Shown here: positions 26,335 through 36,500 of the stretch, in pieces
Layout of the letters: each line of letters starts with the position of its first letter
Position numbering within the stretch: position 1 is the first letter of the stretch
Source: Callorhinchus milii
Lineage: Eukaryota
Assembly: GCF_018977255.1 (NCBI RefSeq)
Contig: NW_024704742.1
Location: forward strand, 55,182,001 to 55,246,000
Direction: 5' to 3'
Length of the DNA: 64,000 bases
Made by a program: the position numbers and the translations under genes
Notes under the pieces: model-generated
The model's database searches: none
The model's input: the letters and a program-made list of their open reading frames with translations, nothing else
What the model was told of the DNA's origin: nothing

Positions 26335-26790
26335 TTCTGGAAAATTCTTAAATACAGTATTATTTATAAACCAGCTCTTTTGAAAACTTGAATAGATAAG
26401 CAAGGGCTCTTCAGTGTTGAGGGAAGATGACTCAGAGGGGACAACAACAACTTGCGTTTATATAGCACCGTTCACACAAGGTAGCGTCCCGGAGCGACCT
26501 CACAGAAGTGTGCAGAATTTTAAATGGGATAGAAAAAGTAAACCCAGCTCAATATTTTAGGATGTATCAGACGTGGGTTTAGAGTTGTAAAGTGCAATTT
26601 GAGAACAGATACCAGGAAGTTTTTTACACTGAAGATAATTAACAGGTTGTCAGGAAAGATAATAGAGGCCAGGACAGCAGATTTATTTTGGAAAACAGCT
26701 TGATGTATTGCTGAGGGTACTCAAGTGGGTTTTCTGAAGGGATAGATCAGATTTGCCTAAGAGCCTTCTTTATACAGTCCAATCTTGTAA
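26335..26790 (+). mobile_element. Old CR1 3' fragment carrying a 53-bp antisense L2 tail insertion (26443-26495)
   Basis: gggctcttcagtgttgagggaagatgactcagaggggac/gacctcacagaagtg..gagaacagataccaggaagttttttac. Confidence 0.65.
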
Positions 26791-27284
26791 TCTGGTGAAA
26801 AGCTACTACTTCCGAATTCTTGTTCTGCTATCTTAGTGCATCCTAAGGTATTGTTCTAGATTTACTTTCTCAATTCTATTTAAAATATTATACACCTCCC
26901 CCTGAGACATCTCATTTCAAGGCTGAAGAGCACTAGCTTGTCTAATTGTTGCAATTGTTGCTCAAAGCTCATTCCTCCAACATTGGGGATGATCCTTGCT
27001 TCTCTCCTCTGCACCACCTCTAGTGCCTCTATGTAGTACTCTTAAGTACCTGATCAGAGCACTTGTGCATGAGCATGAATATGATGTCTGAACTCAACTA
27101 ATCTGGCAGTATATTTTAGAGTCCAGCTCTGTCTAATCCATCACAAGGAAGAAAAGCCCTGGTGTAGTTTGTCTATCTCATCCCCAACTAATCTCTTTAT
27201 CACTTTACCACTTCACAGTTTTCATGACAAATATTTGTCTGGTTTGAAACTATTTTGAACCAAGCTTTAGGAAGACTTTAGATA

Positions 27285-27668
27285 TATTAGATATATGGAT
27301 AAGTTCACGCTGGAAAAGATAAGATTGAGAGGGGACATGATTGTTAAGATTCTAAAGGGGCTAGACAATATAGATAGACTGTTTCAACTTGTCCAGAATA
27401 GTAAAACCAACAGCCTGCGATTGAAGGGGGGTAAATTCAGAATGAATCTACAGAAACACTATTTTAGTGAGTGAAACAGGCTCCTAGGGAGACAGTTGAA
27501 GCAGGAAGTGTTAATTCTTTCAAACATGTTTTCTTTTAGGAAATAACATTAGGGCATATAGTACATAGATAGTTTGAGACATGTGTGCATGCGACCGCCA
27601 GGAAGGTGGAAGATGAATTAGATGGACATTGGTCTTTTTTCGTCTCGCATTTCTTATGTTCTTATGTT
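27285..27668 (+). mobile_element. CR1 3' fragment
   Basis: ttcacgctggaaaagataagattgagaggggacatgatt..; tail ttcttatgttcttatgttc. Confidence 0.8.
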
Positions 27669-29314
27669 CAGACATATGAGTGCCAATTGGGATTCTTTCA
27701 GGGGAAGCAATTAAATTTGGAATATGTTCTTGCATAAAAGAAATGCTTATTTCACCCACAAAATATATAGTCAATTCATTTTACAGTATATTCTGTGAAG
27801 CGCTTTGAGATGTCTCGAAGACATGATAAGGCACTATATCAAATGCAAGGAATATTGTTAGTTTGACATAGTTAGGCTAAATGAGTCAATTGGTACAAGT
27901 CTGGGTAAAGCTGCAGGAGGAAAAGCTGTCAGAACGCAGCGCTGAGGAGCAAGAGAAAGGGTGTAACATTTCTGCATAAATATTTTTGAGGCTGGTCCTG
28001 GTGAGTAATGGTTGATTGTACCTATTAGTTGATGTTCCTCACTCCCAAACTGTGTCAAAGGTTATATTGCAAAAGCTAATTTTCAATTGGAAGATGTTCT
28101 ATAGGTTCAGAATTCATGTCTAGGGCAACCTTGATATCTGGGGATCTGAGAGGATCAAATTGATCCTGTACTTTGTGAAATGCTTGCCAGATTCACTGTA
28201 CATAAAAAAATGCTGTTTGAATGCACAGATAATTCTGATTATCATCTTAGTTATCAAACTGTTAGATATACAAGTATTTGGAAATATGTACACCCATCTC
28301 TGATGCAGTGTTAGGCTTAGCAATAATAATAATCCTTGCTTTTAGATATAGCGCCTAATCACGCTGTTGAGAGGTCTCAAAGCGCTTCACAGAATATAGT
28401 GTAAATACTGCGTATTTTGTGGACTAATAATGTCCTAGGAGTGTGCAGTGTGTAGACCTGCCAAACCTAGAATTCTGAACTAGATCTTTTGAACCTTAAA
28501 CACCAGTCTTCAGCTAGAAGTGGTATTTTCTACAGCCATAGAAAACAATTTGAAAGTTGAAACAGAATTCAACAATTTCCAAATTCTGTGTAATCTGAAA
28601 TGTTACTTTAATAACTGAAATACTTTGATTCACTGGCAAACATGTCCAAGACTCCACTAAGGATTCTCCGCAATCAGCCACTAGGGGGCTGATTTACCTC
28701 TTGATTTTTCTGTTCTCAGGTTTATAAATTGACTTAAGAGTTCAAGGACTTGTGTGCTGGAACTCCCTTCCCACCTTGCTGTGCACACAGCCTGTTAACA
28801 GATTTATCCATTGCACTGGTCTTCTGTTGTTCCTTTTCTAACCTTTTTCACTTAATGTACAAGGTGCAAAAGTACAATTGTACCAATCTATACAATGGTA
28901 AGTTACATGGGAGAGAGTTCCTAAGGGAAAATAACTATTGCAACTCCATTTTACTGTGGGTGCAAAATCGTTCTGCCTATCACTTCATATGTGGCATAAA
29001 TGTAACATGTTATATGGTTTATTATTAATAATTCTGATTTTACCACATATAAAATATTATTAGATTTCTTGTGGGGACTTATTAAAGACATTGTTCACCC
29101 ACATATCTTAGTGAAATAGCTTTCAAACACTCTCCAGAGGATTTTCCCAGGTTTCTTAAAAAATTAATTTGTGCCCTTTAAAAGCAGAGTAATTGCAGAT
29201 GTTGCTCCTCACAACCATTTGTGGGTGAAAATGCACCATTCTATGTCATAATTATCACTGTTGATAATTTGTGAGGAAAATAAAAGATAGCTTATTTAGA
29301 AATATTTCAATCAT

Positions 29315-29320
29315 TTTATT
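29315..29320 (-). terminator. FGL1: Candidate FGL1 polyadenylation signal AATAAA (3'UTR about 1 kb)
   Basis: TTTATT on + strand at 29315-29320 in AT-rich sequence ~1 kb past the stop; another TTTATT near 29626 is an alternative. Confidence 0.45.
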
Positions 29321-30356
29321 TACTAATGTATACAGGAAACGTTCAAAGTGAAGTTGTGTTTTTGATAATCAAAGCATAAAGTGACAGCTGTATATATAAG
29401 GCGTTGTAATCTACATTGTAATGGATCACACTACTACCTACAAATGCAACATTAACAACATTTCAAATGTATGTCATTGTCTCTATTAAACATGTTCAAA
29501 AGGCAACTACAGTATGTCAGGATAAAAGTATGATATGTTGTTATAAGAGCTTTTAAGGAACTGTTCTTGTTTTTGTTGTGCTATTCCCGTGGATGATGAT
29601 TTCAGAGTAGAGAAGTAATCATTGTTTTATTATTATAGTACTGATTTCCAAGTGAAGAAATTAAGCTGCCTTACAAAATGGTAAAAATTGCTCCTACTTT
29701 TTATAATCCAATAATAGTCCTGTAACGATAGATGTGTAAAAATCCTCCCAAATATTCTACTTTTCTTTCATTTTCATTCCCCATTTATCTCCATTTATTT
29801 CCCAGCAGAATGTGTTCACTGGCAACAAATATATTTCAGGCAAAGGTTGTGACACAAAGGACTCTTGAGTATTCAAAGATTCAAAGAGAAAGGCTCAAAG
29901 AGAGATACAGATGGATAGAAAAGCAAGAGATTAAAATAAGGACAGAGTAATAGAGAGTCAGAGAAAATAGCAGAGAGAGAGAAGTGATGAAACAATGTGA
30001 TACTACAGTGACAGTATATCTTTGGATGGAACATTTTTTGAGAGCACTGCAAACAACTTGTAATTTGTTTGTTCATTTGCAAATGGAAAGGAGTTAACCC
30101 AAGTAGTGCTGATAATCACCTTACCTCTGTATCATACTGCCACTGATGTGGATGAGAACTAGGTGTATTGTTTGTATACTATACAATGATGCTCTCTCTG
30201 TCTGATACAGCACAAATCCAATTGCATAATGCTGTAAGGAGAATGGAATGAGAGGTTACCTGCTGAAGACTACAATAAACTGTAATACTTTTGTTTAGCC
30301 CAAGAAAGTAGTGTTTAGTGTAATAATCTGGCACACAACATGAACGTCTGGAACAC

Positions 30357-30519
30357 TCAGTTTGAACTAGGCACAAATTCAGAAGGTCTGATTTTTATGA
30401 CTGTGGATTTCAGTGAATACCACCAACCATGCCAGGTGTACCAAATGATTCCATTATCTGTTCTTGATGAGAAAGCTCCTCCATTATAATGAAGTCCATT
30501 CAAGTTAGCAGAGTGACAT
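30357..30519 (-). CDS. FGL1: FGL1 last coding exon with TGA stop (30359-30357)
   Basis: Acceptor aatttctgc[55 protein letters not shown]. Confidence 0.96.
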
Positions 30520-33500
30520 CTGCAGAAATTAATGAAAGTTACAAGAGTTAACGAACATGAATGCCAAATAATGATGACTATTATTTTCTTCCAGACAGTG
30601 TAAATTAATCAGGCTCCCCTGATAGTTGAGTGGGTAAAGGCACCAAGCAGTACATCACTTAGCAATAATTTCTGACTTCTGATCCTGGCCAAAGGAGCGG
30701 GTAATCTATGGCTGGAATTATTCCCAGGAAAATCAACATAAAAATCTGAACTGCATGAGTTGCATCCACTGCTAAATAATAATAATAATTATGAGATGAG
30801 AGTAAAGAAATATCAGAAACCTGTTGAACCACCATCCACCATTATCTTCTTGTGCACAGTTGCCCTCGTAGCGGTCATTGTCCCTGTCCTTTGTGCTGAA
30901 TTTCATACCGTTGTGATTGGCCCACCAGGCGACTTCTGGGTGGTACGTTCCACTTAGTGAGTCTCCTGCTGTACCAGAATATGTGCCAAAGCTCAGCTGG
31001 TATGAATTCTGTGAAAATAAAGTACAAATACATAACTCAGAGATTGTTTTACATTTCTGAATCTGATGCTCCAGGAAAAAAAAACATTTCCATGATTGAG
31101 GGCAATTCGATCTTTCTTTGTGAGGGTTGGAGATGGTATCTTTTTGGAAGGTTATGTTTCCCTTGTTTACTGATCAATGGGGGAAGAGTGCATATCGTAG
31201 GAATGCTTGTAATATCTGCTCTCTGTCAAAAGCAGGTACATTTACTAACAATGGAAAATCAATGCCATTTAGAAGAATGTGTTAGCTCCTTTCTCCTCTT
31301 AATTTTCTCTCATCTACGTATGGGCTAAGTAGCTCTGTGTCAAAGAGGATAAAGCTAGCAGTCTGTCAACTCCACTTTTAGCCAATCCCAAGAAATTGTG
31401 TAAGAATGGTACAGTAGGTACTTCCAATCGGATTTTTCCTCTCCCTCCGCCATGCGAAAGTATTTGGCCTCTGGGAAAGGATGCAGCATGTTTGAGTTTG
31501 GGAAATGGAACATATCCCTTAAACAATGTCAATATCATTGGTCCAATAACAAAACAGGTGCAAAGGACAGGAATGATGCATTGCATAGTAAGGTCTACAA
31601 AAGGAAGATTTAAAAAGAAACAGGAGGAGCAACACACTGACACAGCATTTGTCCCTGTTCTAAACAATTCTGCAAAGTGTCACTGACTCTCCTCACCTGC
31701 TCATTTTGAACCCTGAAGTTTCTGTACTGTGCATCCCGTTTTTCAGCATCCCAGTCAATAAGATTGAATTTCACAGTGTACTCTCCTGAAAGAAGTAAAA
31801 TGAGAAAGATTAATTTTCTCTCTGTTCTTATACAGGTATAGGAGGAGCCCATTTAGCCTATCAAGTGAGTTTACCCAGTTTGATTGTGGCATATTTTGTA
31901 ATCCCATTTCCCTGCCTTTTCCCTCTACCCATCAATATACAGGCAATCCTGATTTAATCTACATCATAGCTTTGGTGTTTCAGCTGGTGCTGACACTTTG
32001 GAATTTAGAATTTGAGCTCGTAATCCAGCTTGATATTCCAGAGCTGGACCGTCAGAGGTCCTGACCTTCAGATAATGTGTTAAACCCCTTTTACCTGTGC
32101 AGCTGGACGTTAAAGTTCCCATGACACTATCTGCAAAGAGTTGGGAGTTTTTCCTGGTGTCAAGGCCAATGATCCTACAGATCAAAATAATCCTACCAAT
32201 CCTTAACAACAACAACAAAAACCAGGCTTTCAGCCTCTATGCCCTGAAACTCTGGAACACTCTTCCTCTATCCCTCCACCTTGCCGCTTGCTTCAGGTAG
32301 TGCCTGAAGACCTTGCTCTTCAACCAGTTCGGTCATCTTCCTCCAGTTCGGCCTCGTGCTCCGCCACTATCAAGTGTCCAGCACCTTGGGATGTCCTCTC
32401 GACATGAAAAGTGCTATACATATGTAATTTTGTATTGTGTTGTTGTGGGACACTACCCTGCATGAGGGGCTCTATATAAATGCAAGTTGTTGTTGCTAAT
32501 TTGAATCTAATTTGAAATTCGTAATTTTCAGTGGATAACTAAAGATTGTCTATGAGTGTGAAGCCTCCATCTCTCCATCCCCACAACTTTATCTAAAGGT
32601 TTGGACTAAAGCTTTCAGTGCCCCCATTGACCACAAGATCAAAAGAGACATTAAAGATCACGAGATCATATGAAAAAGGCCCTTCAGCTCATTTGACCTC
32701 ACCCTTCCAAAATACCATCCAATTCCCATCAAAATACCCTATTCCAATCACAGCATCAAGCTGTTTCTTAAATAAGTCCAGCTTCCTTCCTTACATTCAA
32801 CCACATTCCTAGTAATGTGTTCCAGTTGTTAATTATCCTCTGGATAAAGAGATACTTCCTGGTGTCTGTCCTGAAATTGCCCTTTGCTGCACTGAACCTG
32901 TGTTGGAGATGGTGCAATGAATTTTGATTTAAACAGAGCTCGTAAGATAACAAGACATGATAACACTTACCCTGTGATGTAAGGTAATGCAGGTTGTCAT
33001 TTCCAAGCCAGTATTCTCCAGTGGCAGATTGGAAGTTTCCAAAGCCTTGCTTGTATTCAGCCCATACTCTATGAAAACAAGTAGAATATTTCATTTTAAT
33101 GTTTGTGAGAAGCCAAACATACAAGCTTACAGCAATGTACATTAAATTAGAAGTCAAAAACAGCTTGGTTTGCAAATTAAAACTAGATTAAAGATTTTGC
33201 CACAATTCTGTGCCATTGTACAGATTAAGATAGGATGGTTTCCCCAGGCTACGACTGTGAAATTTTGAGCTTTACAAGGGCACCTTTCAAATATATCTAA
33301 AACAAAGAACAGTGCAACTGGATTGATTTGCAGAACAAGGTCTATTGTCTTCCATAATAAGGCTAGTGTATGAGGAGTACACCAAATCTCACTTGTATAT
33401 TTGGAAAGCTGAAAGACATCCTCAAGATCCAAACAACAAGGTTCAGCACAGCTGTTGGTACTTTGTAATATTAGAATGTTAAAATGTGCTCTGATATGGG

Positions 33501-36500
33501 ATCCACCTACGTCCTGACCAACTTATCAACAATGCCAAAGTGCACATCCATTATTAATTACATATTCCTATCCATTGATAATTCTACTCCCATGTCCAGT
33601 ATTAAATATACATTAACATCCATTATTCATTACATAAATGCATTTACTTATTGCCTGAAAATCTATCAGTAGTCTGTAGGAAATCTAATGAAGAGATATT
33701 GGCATATAGACATTCTGATCATACATTGTCGCAGCTGTATTTGCTGTAAGTATTTTCCTCACAGCAGCCAAGAATAAGTGAAATCCAACATCATTCCTAA
33801 GGTTATAAACCCACGCACAATGCAAAACACAGCTGTATTGTACAGATGGAAATGGTGATTGACCTGTCCAATGCTAAATTCGACAACGTTACCCAAAGGT
33901 TTGGACTAAATTCCCCATTTGGTGCTGAACAGTAGCTAGGAAGCCCTCTCCACAGGGCCTAAGGTTAAATTATACAATAAAGTTTGCCTTATTTGTAAAA
34001 CTGGCAGCCCTAATTTTACACAGTTACTCAACTTCAAAGACAATAGTATAAGAAAACCTTTATCCCTAAACATCATTAGCATTTCAGTTTAACTAGAAAC
34101 TGTGAAAAGATACATTTCTGATTAAAGCAACTTTACTTTTTTAGCAAGTGTTTGATGGAAAAAATAAATTGTGTTGTTTCACAGTATAGTATCAGAGGAT
34201 GTCATTCTCCTCAAATCTTAGATGGTGGTAACATCCACTGCAGCTAACTATTTTAATTCCACTTTCTTGCCCTTTCACTGTACTCTTTTAAATTTTTCTT
34301 CTCCAAATGTTTATACAGCTATTTGAGCTAAACCAGATACTTTGTGGGAAGCAAAATCATGAGCTCTTTATTAAAAGATGAGGAAGATCCTAAAACATAG
34401 GTTGAATTGTAGCTAAGTAGTTAGAGCACTCGCCTCGCAAGCGAGAAACCTGGGTTTGACTCCCAGCCGGGCTAAACATTGGGCAAGTTTCCTTACTCCA
34501 CACACTTCTGTTTACCTAGCAGTAAGTAGGAACCCGTTTGTTAAGTCAATTGGTGGACTGGCTATCGCATTTCGCCCACAAAATATACAGTCAATTCACT
34601 TTATTCTGTGAAGCGCTTTGAGATGTCTTGAAGACATGATAACGCGCTATATCAAATGCAAGGATTATTATCATTATAAATAATAATGCATTTGATATAG
34701 CATTTTATTACATTATTGAGATGTGTCAAATCTTTGCAGGATTTTACTCTGAACTGTAATGTGCTCTTGTAGGCAAATGTGGAAGTCAATTTGAACATAG
34801 GAAATGTCCCACAAACAGCTATGAAGTGAACGATCAGTTTTATTTGGGTGTTTGTTGGCCAGAACACAGAGAGAAGCATCCTTCTCTTTTTGAATAGTGC
34901 CACAGGATTTTTAACATCTGAAAGGCAGACGAGTTCTCAGTTTAACATCTTACTTGAAGCACGACCCTTCCAACAATTCAGTGCATCCCCAGCACCTCAT
35001 TGCATGTGATTATATACTATATATACTGCCAATTTTCATCATGTACAGTCATTATATATTTTAAATTTGTTTGATTTTGGTCTGGTGATGTGTCATATAA
35101 AACTTATGCATTAGAAACAATACTGAACCTGTCAAAGTTTACACTGCCATCATTTCGTCTTTGGATAACAGTCCAGCCTCCACCTTCAGTCATATCACAG
35201 TAAACTGAGAAACTTGTAGGAGCTGCCAATGGCTGAATTCTGTAAAATCCATTCCTCTTATTGCCGCTGTTATAGATCTCGGCACAATCTGCATAATAAG
35301 TGAAATACAATATATTGGTATAATAAAATCCCAGAATTTGTTAGATCAGCACGATTCCTGAGGTTGTACACCTATTTTAAAGAGGCAGAATCACAGTGTA
35401 GCTCAGTCTGCAATGAGTCAACTATAAAAAGTGCCAGGCAAAGTCCAGGTGTTTTCCCATGGGAAGATATGTTAGGAGAGAGAGAAAGAAACAAAAAGGA
35501 GAAAAGCAATGAGAATGTCACACTAACATAGTTTTGTCATAACCTGATAGTCAAGTACCCGATTGCACTACAAAGGACTTGGAAATAGGTTGTGTGCGTC
35601 TCTAAAAAAAATGATAAATAGACATGACTGTAACTCTATTATGAATAACATAGCAGTTCAGTAAAATCCACCCATAAAACAATTGTTTACACAATTCATA
35701 CAATCTTTTTGAAGGCTACAACGAGGATGTCTATTATGCCTAGTGGACATTGTCTGACATTGTTCTAGGGGATGGAGACCAGACAGGTGCAGGACTAGAG
35801 GCACTACAATTGGCCTCAGCACTCTTGAATTAAGGAGAGGTAAATCCGCCACCAGTCCTCTTCTGATCACGATGATGATTACTATCCTGCTTGAAGACTT
35901 CAAGTGTGACTAGGATTGTGCTTCCATGCCTCCCATAGTTGGAAAAAAATGATAATGCTCACTGTCAAGGCTAACATCTGAATAATGGTGATTTTTACAA
36001 AGCATTGATGGGCACCTGTGGAGAAAAACACAGAGAAATGCTAAAATTAAACAAGTTTTAATGCCCTTTTTTTAAACACAACTAAGGTAGGATGAGGCAT
36101 AAATTTTCTATCTCTTTTTATTTTAATTCAAAGTGCAACTTCAGGGACATACTATATGGAATCTTCTTGAAATCAGCAACCAATTTTAAACTGGTTTCTG
36201 CCCATAAATGTTATATAATAATAATAAAATAATAATATTAATAATCCTTGCATTTGATATAATGCTTTTTAATGGTCTCGACGTCTCAAGCTACTTAGGA
36301 TATACTGTAAAGTGTATTTATAGTATTTATAAGACTGTGTTTTGTGAGCGAAATGCAGCAGCCAGTTGTGCAAAGCAATGTTGAACAAACAGTATGGAGT
36401 GAGTGACCAATTTTATTTTGGCCAGGACCCTTGTCTTTTCGAGTAGTGGAATCGTTAACGTCCACCTGAACAGGCAGGCGGGATCTCGGTTTAAGATTTC

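Noticed and set aside
1..29000. Coding exons of MTUS1
   Set aside because: No ORF or exon with recognisable MTUS1 sequence, so no gene symbol is assigned; the same applies to PCM1 at the right end
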